From positions 7,089 through 71,088 of the forward strand of contig CT868071.1 in the NCBI GenBank assembly GCA_000165425.1: a DNA stretch of 64,000 bases, in the 5' to 3' direction. This stretch comes from Paramecium tetraurelia. Its lineage: Eukaryota. Made by a program: the position numbers and the translations under genes. Position 1 is the stretch's first letter; every line of letters begins with the position of its first letter. Below are positions 39,350-56,387 of this stretch, one piece after another. Below the pieces are notes generated by a model. The model saw only the letters and a program-made list of their open reading frames with translations. It had not been told where the DNA came from and searched no databases.

Positions 39350-40420
39350 TCATGCTGATGATCTCTCTTAAAGATAAACCTTGACATTGGATAGTTTGGT
39401 AGCCAAGATCTCTTCAACTTATCTGATGATAGAGATTTCTTATTATCTATGTTCAGATTCTTCAGCATATTGAGTTCTCCATGCATCGCATTCAGCTTCC
39501 TTTTATTCCTTTCCTGATGAGGCAGCGTTCAACTCGTCGGTAGCATCTTCCTTTCTCTTCTTTTATAAGTCCAAAGCTTATTAATTATCTTGGAGTTATC
39601 TTTGAGAATCTTCTCTGGCAGCACTCAAGGATTCTCTTTATGAGCCAATTTCAATAACCAAAGCTTCGAAGTCTAATTAAGCTTAGATTTCTGTTTGTCT
39701 GGCAGCTTCAAGAGCTTCAGCCAATTAAGTACTGACTTCACCTAACTTGTTGATGACATTGTTTAATTATTCAGCTGAGAAGGTTGAAGCGACTTACATA
39801 AGTGCAAGGATTGGGTTGGTTGCACCAATCTTATTCAATTGTGTCAAGGCAGCCAAGACTTCTTGATCTGGTTGGATGGAGCTCAATCTTTAGATAATGA
39901 CTTCGACAGCTTCAATGACATTTTCTGTTTCATTTTCAAACTTCTTGAAATTTTCAGCATCTTCAGCTCTTTATTCTCTGATTTATGTTTCTTATTCGTT
40001 TAAGATATCTAATTAGACTGTCTTATCTTCGACATCTTGAGTCAATTGTTCAACCTTGGCACTGAGGCTTTAGATTTCTTGGGTTGATTCAGTGATTTCG
40101 TTGGAAGCGAAGTCAATTCTTCTGTTATATTGGTAGATTTCTGTTTCGCAATCAACTTCATCTTAAGCGTGCTTTTGGTCAGCTTCTTGTTGGTTGAGGA
40201 TAAGATTTTCTCTCAATTATTGTAACATTTTAGCGATGTCTCCCAATGGGGCCTTGTTATTCAATTAGAGTGCAATTGTGTCCAATAATTTTCTTCCCAA
40301 TTCATGTTCTTCCATTGCTTCTAATTATGTGAAAACTGCCTTGCTTGGGTCGTTGGATCTTTTAACAAAAATAGCTTGTGTGAGTGTTAATCCCAAAAGA
40401 GCGATAAGAATCAATTTCAT
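39350..40420 (-). CDS. Trichocyst matrix protein (TMP/GRL family) precursor
   Basis: Signal peptide MKLILIALLGLTLTQA; ELGRKLLDTIALQL...PLGDIAKMLQQL...QQEAD; two acidic coiled-coil halves; intronless; codon usage of a highly expressed gene. Confidence 0.85.
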
Positions 40421-40600
40421 AATTAAATTATTGGCATAGACTTAAAAGGAAGATTCACTTTTCATATTACACTATTCGTTTTTGTTCCTTCAAAAGCATT
40501 TATTTTAAATAAATTTTAAAAAACGATTACTCGATTAAAATATAAATAGAATTATATAATAACAATCTAAATCCATCAATATATTATAATTCATATATAT

Positions 40601-41985
40601 TCATTTATTCAATAGGTATGATGGCACATCTGCAAAAGTTGGCTTGAGCGTGTAGTTTCCCGGTCCTGGCACACTCTAATCTGTTTAATTTAGATTTGGT
40701 CTTAGTGCTGTTCCGAATCCCCACTTAGGCCCATCAGAGGAACCTCTCAAATTATAATTTCCAGGCCCTACAAATTGAATAAGCAATTATTACCTGGAGC
40801 GTCTTTTCCAAAACCAGCATTCAATTCAGCTCTTTGACCTGTACCAATTTTTGCTGAAGCAGGACGCTGTTTACTTGGTCCATCATTGGGATTATATGCT
40901 CCTGGACCAGGTTGATTCAAAGTAGTAGTAGGTTCGTACTTACTTCCTAAAATCTAATGTTTGGGACCCTCCCCCATTTTAGTGTTCAAATCATAAGTTC
41001 CAGGTCCTGGGATATCTCTTGTGTCACTCAATGGCCTACGAGTAGCACTACCAATACGAACTTATGCTGATTTTGGCCTTGCAAATTCATATCTAGATTC
41101 ATAAGTTCCTGGTCCTGGAGTTCTGAGCAATTCTCGATTCAAGCTATCTCTAGTCTCATTTCCGATTTTATAGGAAGGAGGTCGCAACTTTTGTTTCTTA
41201 TCCCAATTGTATGTTCCAGGTCCAGGCACATATTCCTACTGAGTTTAATTTCTTCTAGAAAGCATGGAAAACCCTTTTTGTGAAACATTAAACTCGCTTC
41301 TTGCTTCATATTCTCCTGGACCAGGATTCTTTATTTCTGAAAACGCTCCTCTTGATGCCGTCCCAAATTTATATTATGGACCAGCACTATTTGGTCTTTT
41401 TAGATATGATCCAGGTCCTGGGGTACGAGTCACGTCATAAAATCCATCGCGCTTAGAGTTGGGAAATCTTATAGTGAAACTACGATTACCTCATACAAGG
41501 AACTCCTACTACCGTGGAAGGATTTTCGTAAGCTCCAGGCCCTGGTTATAATGTAGAGTAGGTTTACGATAGTTTGGCTCCCATTGAATAATTAGGAAGA
41601 GCCTTCACCATTGTTCGGTAATTAGGATTGTAAGCTCCTGAGAAAAATGACTGCTTTATATTTACCTGGTCCTGGTCCCTATTTTGCTAAAATTGTTGGT
41701 TTCTTAAGACCAAAGGAATACTTTGGTCCCTCTTTGGTTACTCTCGAAGGATGCTCATAGGCTCCAGGTCCTGGTGCAAATACTCTAAGAAGGCCACTTC
41801 TATTGCCAGATCCAAATCTACTTTAACAGGCAAAATTTACTTGAAAGATGGAGGCGTCATCTTCTGTTTTTTCATTGGTTAGTAAGCCCCTGGGCCAGGT
41901 GTTTCACTTCTGGGTTGAGTGGCTGATTTAGTTAAAACTGATAATTACATCGTTACGCTTTGCCAATTGAAAAAGCACTCACCAT
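40601..41985 (-). CDS. SHIPPO-1/ODF3-like PGPG-repeat ciliary protein
   Basis: About 12 [ST]PGPG[AST]Y repeats separated by P-x-[FYW]-x-[FI]G motifs; several short introns; TGA at 40601-40603. Confidence 0.9.
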
Positions 41986-42374
41986 TTTGATTAATTTTAT
42001 TTATAAGTATTATATATATTTCACTATGTGTTTGTTTAAAAAACTACAGTTCAAGAGAGTTGGTAGATTGATGATTATGGATGGATTCTGAATAGTAGGT
42101 TTATTTTTTAAAAGTGAATTTTATATAATGCAACAGTTATAGACATTGAGATAATAAAATTGATAATTACAAAAATAGTCCTTAGTAAGATTTTGTAATA
42201 CTTTTTCAAGTTCATTCTGGTTGCACTCAAGGGGATTTTAAGAATTATATCTTTTTTTGTATCTAAATGGTATGAAATAAATGATGAATGTAATTATCAT
42301 ATATTATTATGGCATAGTTACAACATAAGTTAAAGCGCAAAAGTAATTTTATTAATTATAAATATGTAATATTA

Positions 42375-42402
42375 ATTGGCGCCCATTTTATCAAATTCCC
42401 AC
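42375..42402 (+). promoter_or_regulatory. Candidate E2F-like elements upstream of MCM7
   Basis: ATTGGCGC (fits WTTSSCSS) at 42375-42382 and ATTCCCAC at 42395-42402, within about 55 bp of the MCM7 ATG in otherwise very AT-rich DNA. Confidence 0.4.
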
Positions 42403-42427
42403 GATTTGTGATCAAAAATAAAAATAA

Positions 42428-44765
<2,338 letters not shown>

Positions 44766-44836
44766 AATTATTGTATTTTATATCAATCTTTATTTTATTA
44801 TCTCAAATTACTCTCCTGAATTAATTAATTTTAATT

Positions 44837-45344
44837 TCAGATTGAATCTATAATGTTTATTTCCACTTCTTCATTCTCTTTTTCTAAAAACCATTTAACG
44901 CTTAATTGAAGGTTAAATTTTTATATTTCAAACTTAATATTAATATAAAACATGGATCTAGGACTTTTATATGGTTCTAATAAATGCTCATCAATGTTTT
45001 GAACTATTTATATGCTAATTAATTAATTCTATCGATTTAATTTTCTTGCCACTGAATTTATGTATAGAAGCCAGTATTTTATCAAAATGTTATTACAAAA
45101 TATTTATCTAATTCATTTGGTTTAATCTGTATCTATAAAAGAGTCATTCATTTGATAAAGACTCATGAATTAAAAATATTCTAATTCCCTATGTATCAAG
45201 TTATTCTAAGTGAAGTAATTCTAGCATACTTTAAACATAATTTTATAAGATGTTTATTATTAGAAGTGTGATTTTCTATTTATTAATATTAGTCAATTAA
45301 AGTCGTCTTACTATCTTTCCAAAGTAGATATCATCTCTGACATA
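44837..45344 (-). CDS. Possible hypothetical protein (structure unresolved)
   Basis: A coding-like tail IVQNIDEHLLEPYKSPRSMFYINIKFEIQKFNLQLSVKWFLEKENEEVEINIIDSI-TGA; a candidate ATG lies near 45344. Confidence 0.3.
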
Positions 45345-45429
45345 GTTGATTAATCTCTTCCTACATTTCTCCTTCGAGCTGGCTTTTTATTGGTTTGTAT
45401 TGTCCTTTGATGCATATTTAATTAAATTA

Positions 45430-46715
45430 ATGAATGAATCATCTACTATTTCTACCTATCTTCGAACAGAGACAGATGAAGTCAAAGAATTCAGTAGTAA
45501 TATAATGACTCAAAGAAAGAAAATTCCATAATTGAAAAACTTGATTTCGCCTAGAAAATCGAAGCAGGTTAAATTCAATCCAATAATTGATTCAGTTCGT
45601 AGCAGTCAAAGTCAAAGATCCTCAAAAGGGAATTTAGGTCTGCAAACATAAAATAACAATATGATATTTAAAGATTCCTTTGAATTGTTCTTAGATGGCA
45701 AAATAACGAGTGTTGAATTACTGCAATTATCCAACTATCCCAGATTGCGATAATAATTGATGGAGGATCATGCTGATTCAAAAGGAATAAGTATTTTGGG
45801 ACCACTAGTAAGGTTTAAAAATAAATTCAAACACAAATAAGTTAGAAACACTCAAGATGATAGAAGTGTCTATTTAAAATCCAAGCTGCAAGGATTAAAC
45901 AATTTAATTCACACGAGAATGATGCAAAAGAAGGAAGACAATGAAACTCAAAGAAGATAAAATCTTTAAAATGTTGGGTTGTTTAAAACCATCGTGGATG
46001 CTTCTGAAGGAATAGAAGACAAATTGGCTTAAACTAAAGATCCTTTTGCTAAGAAGATTCCTTCAATTAGATCTTTAAAGACTATGACGGTCAGCTATGA
46101 CGATTTGAAGCCAAGTATAATTCATATCTATTCAAAGTTATCAAAAATGCAAAAGAATCACCAGCAATTTCAAAAATCTTTTTAAAAAACAATCTAACTG
46201 AATCAACCAAAAAATATATGGATGAGGCTTCCAGACAACATTATCTCAAGTAACAAGAGTTAAATAAGCTAACCAAAATGTAAATTACCAAATAATCCAA
46301 CTCCAAGTTTTCATTATACAACAAGGACGTATTGACATCCAAAGATCTAGAACTCTATGATTATCTTCACAACAAGCCAAAACCAATTGTTCTTAGAAAT
46401 CATTTCACTGAAATGGATGAGGAAACCATTCCAACTCATGAAATTATTGCTACTAAGATAGGAAACCAAAGACTCAAGAAGAGATATCATAAAACTGAAT
46501 AAAAAATTCATGAAGATTTGGACAATGAATCTCATACTTCTTCATTATAATCTACTTATGAAATTCATCTAGATAATTTATATTCTTAAACTGTTGACTT
46601 AAAAAAACAACTCACAAAAAAGACTACTCTTCCAAAGAAAGTTAAATAAATGATTAAACTTGATGAGCTTAACTAACAATCTCTTCAGGCGAATACATTC
46701 AAATTGACACATTGA
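45430..46715 (+). CDS. Hypothetical basic, Ser-rich protein
   Basis: A long open frame MNESSTISTYLRTETDEVKEF... with one short intron near 46329-46350; TGA at 46713. Confidence 0.7.
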
Positions 46716-46738
46716 AAAAATTATATTTATATATATTA

Positions 46739-48449
46739 TCAGATTTTTCTTATATTTTATAGTCTTATTAAATGTCTTTCTTCAACATCTTTTATAGTAT
46801 TTAATTTGGCTGATGAAACCTAAGTTTTTAGTTTGGTTATAGCAAATTAGTCGCTTTGTTATTGTTCTTACAAAATTTTAATTTATTTTTTTAAATGTTA
46901 ATTTGATTCTGTAACATCTTCATATTGCTTTCTAAACATCTTTTCATCAACCTTTTGGGATTAGTATAAAATTGCTTATTTACTTACATAATCTTCATAT
47001 TGCATTGCCTTACGAGAATACTTTTCATTCTACTCCCTCAAAGCTTTAATCTATTCTTCCTATTCCATCAACAAATTCAATTAGTCTTTTGCTTGATTTG
47101 ACAGTTCTTATAGTTATTTTTATTATTCTGTCAATATTTCTACCTTCTCTTATAAATTTAATTAGTTTTCTTAAGATTCCATTTATTTTAACTAAATCTC
47201 TCTTTCTAAATCCTTTTATACATCTTCAAGACCCTATATTTAAGCCTTTAAAGTCTTGATGATTAATTCATACTCATTCTTCATTTGAATATCTTTAGAT
47301 TCAAATTCTTAAATTTGTTTTTCTAAAGTGTTTTTAAAATGAGATTACATTGAATATCTAATTTATTCCATTTTATCAGAGAATTCTCTTTAGGCTAAAT
47401 CATTATCCAATTTCAATTATTTAGCCACCATTTAACAAGTTTATGTTGAAACCAGTTGTAACTCTTTTAATATTTATAATCTAAATGTTTCCATATCCAA
47501 TTTTAGACTCTAAAATATCTTTTGTAAATTTGATTTAATTTTATTCCTAATTTCATCCACCTTGAGTTTATAATTTCTCAATTTCCTCTTATAGATTTTC
47601 TCTTGATCATTTTGTTATGTTTTTATATTAGCTTATTCTTATTGATACTTTTTCTTATACCTTTCCAACTCTTCAGTTATGTCTATTACTTTAGTTTCTA
47701 AGGATTTTATTTATTTATATTGTGCTTCATTTTATTATTTCTATTGCTTTGACCTATTTTCCAAGCATTGCTTATCAATATTTAAGGTCTCATTTGTTTT
47801 TTTCATGCTCTGTATTTATTATCTTAATTATGTTACTGTTTCCTATTCGGTTTTTAGTGATGCCTTTAATTACTTAAAATCCTTCACAGCATGTTGCTAC
47901 AATTCTCTTTCTTTTGTTAAAGCAGCTTATTAATCGCTAACTACATATTCCAATTCTGCCAGTTTTTATTATAAATTTTAAAATTACTCTTATTCTTTTT
48001 ATTTATAACTATCTTATATTTAATTCAAATTTTGTTCAAATTCCTCAGCCAATTCTTATTTTTATTACAACACATTTTCTTGCATAATATTTAATTTCTA
48101 TTCGATTTCTTCCAAGGCCTCTTACAATTCATTTATTTATTAATTTTGTTCTTTGATTATTTTTTACTTTTCTGTTCTATCCTCATCCATCTCTCTTAAA
48201 TCATGTCTTAATGAAAGGCATTCTTAAATAGAGCATTCCAATTGTGCTTTCGTATGAGCATGTTCTTTCTTCCAATATAATTCCGTATGATCATCAAGCG
48301 CCTATTCAAAGATCGATTATAATCTATCTCAACTCAACAAATATTTACTTCATTAAAATATCTTAAGAATCACTTCTATGAGCTAAAAGTTTCTTCAATT
48401 CTTAGTCTAATTTAATTTATTGCATAGTTTATTACAAGAGAGCTTTCAT
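46739..48449 (-). CDS. Hypothetical long coiled-coil protein
   Basis: MKALLQQTMQQIKLDQELKKLL..., one short intron, then a long Glu/Gln/Lys heptad-rich frame to TGA at 46739-46741. Confidence 0.8.
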
Positions 48450-48470
48450 ATTTAATTAAAATAATATAAA

Positions 48471-49260
48471 TCATTCACCATGTTTTAAGAACCCAATAAA
48501 TTTATCTCCAAATTTAGGAGACTATTATTATCCTTATGTTTGATTCTATCGATTTCGATATGGATCTATTGTAATGCATTCAATTTACTTGTTTTTCTAC
48601 ATCATTTTTTAGTTAAATCCAATAAACCTGTTAAAGTTTCGAAATTTACCCTTCTTAACATTAAAATCAGAATTGTATATCTCATATCATATTATTAATA
48701 ATGCTGATTTTTATCTAATTTTATTATTAAGAATTTGAGCATCTGATTAATGTTCATCATAAAGTTCAATAAGAAATTCATGTTTTTTATAGTTAATTCA
48801 TCCATTTACAATTTCAATTTAGAAATACTTAGTTCCCCTTTTCATTGTTTTCCTTAAGAACTTTAATTAGCTTTAATCTCCTTTACTAATCTTAAATCTT
48901 TATTTCTCAAATTCACCCTCAAACCTTTTAATTATTTTATCCTTTCAATCCTAAAATAATTATAATTCAGCATTGATTTCCACCTTCTAATTAGACTTAG
49001 TCTGTTTCAATATTGGCACTCTATAATGATTTAATTTCGCGTCACCATTCCTTGTCTTTTTAGAATTCTCTTTTGTATACGCCATTTCCTTTTTGTATAA
49101 AGTAAATGCAGATTGAAAATTCAGATGAGCATTAATTATTTAGTTTTCGCTTTCTTTGCATCTCATATTATTAAATCTTGTTAAAATTCTTCACTAATGA
49201 TGCTGCTCCTCTAGCCTTAATAGTTAATTAAGTAATTTATTCTAAATTAACATCTGAAAT
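48471..49260 (-). CDS. Hypothetical protein or degenerate gene (5' structure unresolved)
   Basis: Coding-like composition ending ...GFLKHGE-TGA at 48471-48473. Upstream segments fall in different frames that I could not join confidently. Confidence 0.35.
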
Positions 49261-50145
49261 ATTATTAAAAATTATAAACCATACTCAATAATATTTTTAG
49301 AATAATCATATATAAAATTTAAATTTTTATTCTAATCGCAAATCTAAAATTAATATTCATTAAAACCAATAGAATTAATTGTATTTTACTTTTCTAATAA
49401 AATAAACTAGAAGGATAATCTCGGAATAAAATTAATATAGAACTAGAATAAACAAATCATAATCCTTCTGAAAATTTAAATACATTTACTAATACAAAGT
49501 AATTGAGAATATAAATACTCATTCGAATAGTAAGTGATTCTGGAATATCGAGAAATCACTAGGTTTTTCGATAGAATAATAAAATTCGATACAATAATAT
49601 TAACGTTAATTGAGAAAAAGATAGGATTAAAAGTGGTATCTATATTGATATCTATTTTATATATGATTAATTAGGTTTTCAACAATATTGGGCTAGATTT
49701 GACTAGATTGAGTAGGATTTTATAACCAATTAGGATTAATTAGATAAAAAGTTAGAAACGGATGGATATTAAAACATATGATTTATAAAAGTTACCCTTA
49801 GATTTGATGTAAAATTCACGTTAAAAAAAGTGCTAATCAAATCTTTTGTAAGGCTGAATGAAAAAGATTAAAAGCCAATTTTATACTTCAATTGTAAAAG
49901 TGTCAACAATTTTATGATTTTATGGTAACTTGAGAGTTGAATTCAAGTTATATTTGTGTATTCTCAATTATGAAGTTAATTTGAGATTGAATAAGGCATG
50001 GTAATTATATAAATTCTAAGAGTTTGTTCATTTATAGTCTAAATTATGAAAATCAGATAGGGATTATGGATGCTCGAACAAATGAGGAATGTGCATCAAA
50101 ATATACAACCAAGATTAGAATTGAAATACATAAATTTTATTAAAA

Positions 50146-51756
<1,611 letters not shown>

Positions 51757-51798
51757 TTTCAGCGAATTTGATTAATATTTTAAAAAATAAATTATTAA

Positions 51799-52144
51799 AT
51801 GAAATCACTACTCTTTGGAACTTTATTGATTTGTATAGCGTTAAGTTAAATCACATACGAGGAATGCAAAAGGGATTGTACAATGGATTGGTTAGATTGC
51901 ACCAGTGGGTGTGATAGTATTGGTAATCCATCCTATTGCCATAAAAATTGTTAGAAGTAATTATAACCCAATATGTAGTGTGGTTCATGGATGTTTGGAT
52001 GAATGTCCAAAAATAATTTGTATTGATGAGTGTCGGATCATATTGGAACAGTGTCGTAAAAATGGAGCAGGGATTTGCGAAGTACATTTCAATCAGTGCC
52101 AATTGATCTGTGAAGATACTTATAATGAAAATTAAGATATATGA
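51799..52144 (+). CDS. Small secreted cysteine-rich protein (14 Cys, repeated C-x3-C)
   Basis: MKSLLFGTLLICIALS-QITYEECKRDCTMDWLDCTSGCDSIGNPSYCHKNCQ|NVVHGCLDECPKIICIDECRIILEQCRKNGAGICEVHFNQCQLICEDTYNENQDI-TGA, after removing a 22-nt intron. Confidence 0.8.
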
Positions 52145-52237
52145 ATATATTTAATTAATGTATAGATAGGCTACGAATGCTTCAAGATTATATAATTAAT
52201 AATAATATATAATCAACATTAAAACGATGAATTTATA

Positions 52238-52247
52238 TTCCGTTTTT
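52238..52247 (+). promoter_or_regulatory. Candidate trichocyst-gene upstream element TCCGTTTTT
   Basis: The CG of the motif is exactly 25 nt before the ATG here and at the TMP gene at 57064. Confidence 0.45.
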
Positions 52248-52265
52248 GGTATTATTAAAATAAAT

Positions 52266-53402
52266 ATGAAAACATTCGTTGTGATTTGCCTCGTAGCAGC
52301 TGTGTTTGCACTTGACACAAGCAAATTCGCCGTGCTTCTCCAAGCAGGCACAAGAGGAAATGATGCCGTCGAATCAGTTTACAATCTCTTGAGAGATTTG
52401 AAGACAGAAAATGTTAATGTGTAAGCTGCTGCCGACAAAAAGAACAATACAGATGAAGGTACATCATTCATTCATTCCTTCTAGAAATCTTTTCCCAAGT
52501 CATTGGCGATTTGACTAATGTTGCCTCACTCAACAAACAATAATGGGAAAGACTTGGAGCAGTCAGAACAGATGTTGAAGCCTAAGTCAGAGTAAGCAAA
52601 ATGATTTATTCCTCAAGGATGGATATTAATGGTTGGCCTGGGCTGAATCCAGACTTGCTGAAATCGAAAGAAGAAATGCTTAACTCCAAGACCAAAGATG
52701 TTGGGCCAATGGACTCTTCGTCAAATCCCTTGCTGATCACGGTGATGCCGTCGCAGTCGTCTAACTCTTATAATAAGATGTTGCTGGTTTCCTCACTAAC
52801 AACGCTGGAGTCGAACTCGTTGAAAAAGCCCAATCTATCGCCGATAAATTATCAGCATACAGCCATCTTTTCTAATAAGATGCCCTCCAAAAATTCTAAT
52901 CACTTGCCGAAGTCAAGAGAGAAGGCACAACCGGAGAATAAGTCCTCCAAATCTTGTTTGACTTACAAGCTGAATTGGAATCCACTCTTGCCACATTATA
53001 AGAATAAGAAATTCACGCTGCCTTCGCTCTTGCCAAATACGTCTCAGACACCAATGCCGAAGTTGCCTGGTTGAATTCAGAACACGAAAGAAGAACCGGA
53101 CTTGTTGAGAAATTAGAAACTGTACCTTTTTACATCTTATTATTTTTATAGCAACTCCCAGCCGTCCTTGCCTAATAAGCCAAAGCACTCAAATTGTGGA
53201 AAGATTCCTTGAACGCTGTTGCTGGTGCCACTGCTGATTTGGAAGAGAAAAGAGAATTCTATGCCTCCGAAACTGCCAGAAGAGCCGGTACCAATTATCA
53301 CAATAATCTATAGAGGAAAATGCCATTATCGATGTTGTCATCTAATTGTTCAAAGATTAAGTTAGATCCTTAGCTTCATAGACCAGTCTTGGAAGAAAGT
53401 GA
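52266..53402 (+). CDS. Trichocyst matrix protein (TMP/GRL family) precursor
   Basis: Signal peptide MKTFVVICLVAAVFA; DAVESVYNLLRDLK...; second half after a basic KR site (EVKREGTTGEQVLQILFDLQAEL); ends EENAIIDVVIQLFKDQV. Four short introns. Confidence 0.8.
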
Positions 53403-54524
53403 TTTCCATTAAACAAATATAATCAATTTAAAAAATGAATCATTTTTACATCATTTCAATCCAATTCTCCTTACTTTTGAAGATTTTCCAATATTTCTTA
53501 TATTTAAAGAATTCCTTTATAAATGCATACCAAATTAAAGGTGAACAAAATTCACTTTGAGTTTCAAACCATAATTCAATTCTTGGGTTAATATGATACT
53601 TCAATAATCACACTTAGAAAAGCACTCACCTTTTCATTTAGAAACCATTCTCTAATATTTTGCATTTATTAACCATCTTGAGTTAGATTATCAATTTGGC
53701 ATATTTTATGCATTCCTCAAGGATCAATAACGGCTTTTGGCTCAAGTATCTTGTAGAGTGAATTCAAATCAAAGAATTTTCATTAAGATGAAGTTTCCCA
53801 CATAATTTCAATTTTTGTAGAATTAATATGTTATTTTTATTTATTTCCTTATATATATTTATTGTGTGCGTCATTAGATTATCTACTTTATTATTTCTAA
53901 TCAGATTTTTCATGAATAGCAATTTCTTTAATTAATCCAAGACTATTAATATTCTAAAAATTAAATTATTTTTCTTCTTATAAGTATTAAACTGAATTAA
54001 CAATCTAAACCCAAAACTATGTATTGGACTTAATAATCAGACTGGAATTTTCAATCTAATCTAAACAAAATACACATATAGAACTCAAGTATCAAATTGT
54101 TTAATAAAAAACTATTGTGTTAGCTAATAATAATTCAAATATATAATGGTTAATTAATCAAATATTTCAGCCTTATTTTTGATGTAATCTAGTTTTGTGA
54201 TATTTATTATAAATCTTAACCTATGAATTTCAGTAGTTTCCAAGATGTATTAATATAAACAAGAAATTTAAAAATATATTTAGAAACTACATATTTATTT
54301 ACTTATTGTCTATGAATAATTAAGATTTTTATGTGAGATTTTAGTTTAGTTGATGAAAATCCTTAATAAAAACAAGTGGATCCATTTTTCTATTAAGAGA
54401 AAGTCAAATAAAGTTAGAATCACTGAAGAATTATAAATAATAAAGTTGGATAAATATATTTTATTTGTATATAAAAGGGGGGTCGGGAGGGAAATATAAA
54501 TTTTATTATACATAAATAAAAATT

Positions 54525-55230
54525 ATGTTAACTTCGTCTATTGTGAGTGTCGATTCTAGCAAAGTATATAAACCAAAAGCCAGTCAAGTTGGGTTACTCT
54601 CTACTGCAATTAGCAAACTTGGTGATTCAAGCTTTGTATCAAAAAGCAGAGAGTCCACAAACATGTCTCCTGTTAGAATGAGATTATTTAGGGATTCTTC
54701 ACCTAAATAAACCAAGGGATTACAAGGAGTAGTAGTTGGAGAATATCAGTAAGATTATTAAATAAATATTTTTAGTGCTTTGACACCTACTCATATTGTG
54801 TTTAGTAGCATTCATAAAAGTACCTCCCCTCTGAGATCTGGTAGAAATTATAACGAATCACCTCAAAGAGCAAAGGTAAGATTAGATAGATTCAAAAATT
54901 GGGACTCAAAGTTAGGATTAGAACTCCAAATATAAAATACCAAATTCACACGTCTCAATAATGAATTAACCTATTTAAGTCATTAACCCCATCATCAGAC
55001 CACAAAATCAGCTATTTTCTTAGGCAGCAATTTAAGTAGATTAGGTGTTGGTGGAAACTAAAGTGATATTAGAGTTTTGACAGCCAAATTGAATTCCATT
55101 CCACCCTCATAAATTGGAACCTTTACTGCAGGGTAAGGAATATTATGTAATATTTTATAGTCATTCTCATGAGTTGTCTTCATTGCAATAATCGCTAAGC
55201 AGAATTATGAAATCGAGCCGACAGTATTGA
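54525..55230 (+). CDS. Hypothetical Ser-rich basic protein
   Basis: MLTSSIVSVDSSKVYKPK... with two short introns; ends ...ELSSLQQSLSRIMKSSRQY-TGA. Confidence 0.7.
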
Positions 55231-55268
55231 ACAAAATTGATTATTATATTATATTAAAATAATATAAT

Positions 55269-55795
55269 ATGGACATTAAATTAATAACTTTTAGTGATAC
55301 ATTCATTATCTATAAGGAGATCTAAACGATATCAGACTTAAAGAAGGAAATCAAAAGAATTGGGATATAAACAAGGGATATCATTATTTAGTACCAAAGC
55401 TATTTCTACTTAAGCTTAGCTTTTATGATAATGATTCTGATAAAGTTGTGATAACACAGGATGAAGATCTTTAATATGCCTACCAGCAAAGCAAGGCTCT
55501 TAATAGACAAACAATCAAATTTTATGTTTATTACAAACTCAGTTAGCCTTAATACTAGCAAATGGGAACCCAGATCAAAATCTCAACATAATAGCCCTAA
55601 ATTGATTGGATAAATTAATCCTTCTAAAAGGAGAGCAGCTAATCAATCATTTATCATAATATATATAATAATAATTCCCCTTTAATTAGCAGAACCTCTA
55701 CAATTATAATTCCGAAGCAATCAAGAGAAGAAAAGTTGAAATTGGCAATTGATTCTTTCATCGATTAAATATTGAAAGATGAATATCATATATGA
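55269..55795 (+). CDS. PB1-domain protein
   Basis: MDIKL...ISDLKKEI... and an acidic OPCA-like motif FYDNDSDKVVITQDEDLQYAY...TIKFYV; TGA at 55793. Confidence 0.7.
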
Positions 55796-55864
55796 TAATA
55801 TCTATATATATATATATTAATATAAATTAAAGTATTATTATAGAAAATTACCTTATTTATTATA

Positions 55865-55872
55865 TAATGTAC
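55865..55872 (-). promoter_or_regulatory. GTACATTA 3' UTR element of RPS19
   Basis: The same octamer as in the RPL24 3' UTR, about 20 nt after the stop. Confidence 0.75.
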
Positions 55873-55891
55873 TTATGTATTGTTATATCAA

Positions 55892-56387
55892 TCATTTTCT
55901 GGCTGCTAAGGCAACTTGAGTTGCAATTCTATTTAAGTCTTATTATCCCTCTTTGGTAACAATTCTTGATCCCTTTTTCAAGAGTGATTTGTTATCCTTC
56001 TTTAAAACTTTAATGGCTTCCAATTATTGAAGCAAGTATCTGATGACTTTTCCAGATCCTGATTCGTGTTTGCCATTGTCATTGACTGAACCAAACATAT
56101 GAGTGAGATTTCCAACTCCCTGTTGTGTAAATTAAATATTAATACCCAGTGACCTCTGACATAAATTTTACGAGCAAGTGCTGCAGCTCTAACATACATC
56201 CAATCTTAGTCAATTGGTGAGATTTCTTTTCCAAGTCCAGTCTTGACAATTGAACCCCATTCTGGAATCTTGATCTTGTTATTTTTTTTCAAATATTCAG
56301 CATAAGCATGAATGAAATCTTATGCAGGTACGTCCTTTTAAGTTACATAGTTATTGATACTTTCACTGTGAAGAATGGTGCTGACAT
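55892..56387 (-). CDS. RPS19: 40S ribosomal protein S19 (eS19)
   Basis: TVK|DVPAQDFIHAYAEYLK...IPEW..IVKTG..KE..P...DWMYVRAAALARKIY...GVG...GSGKVIRYLLQQLE...GQQDLNRIA. Confidence 0.96.

Noticed and set aside
49300..50140. Long intergenic regions (also 12820-13620, 53410-54470, 56400-57030) as ncRNA loci or retained IESs
   Set aside because: No convincing C/D or H/ACA box pairs, stems or TA-bounded insertions could be supported by eye. Infernal/Rfam and germline-versus-somatic read comparison would be needed.
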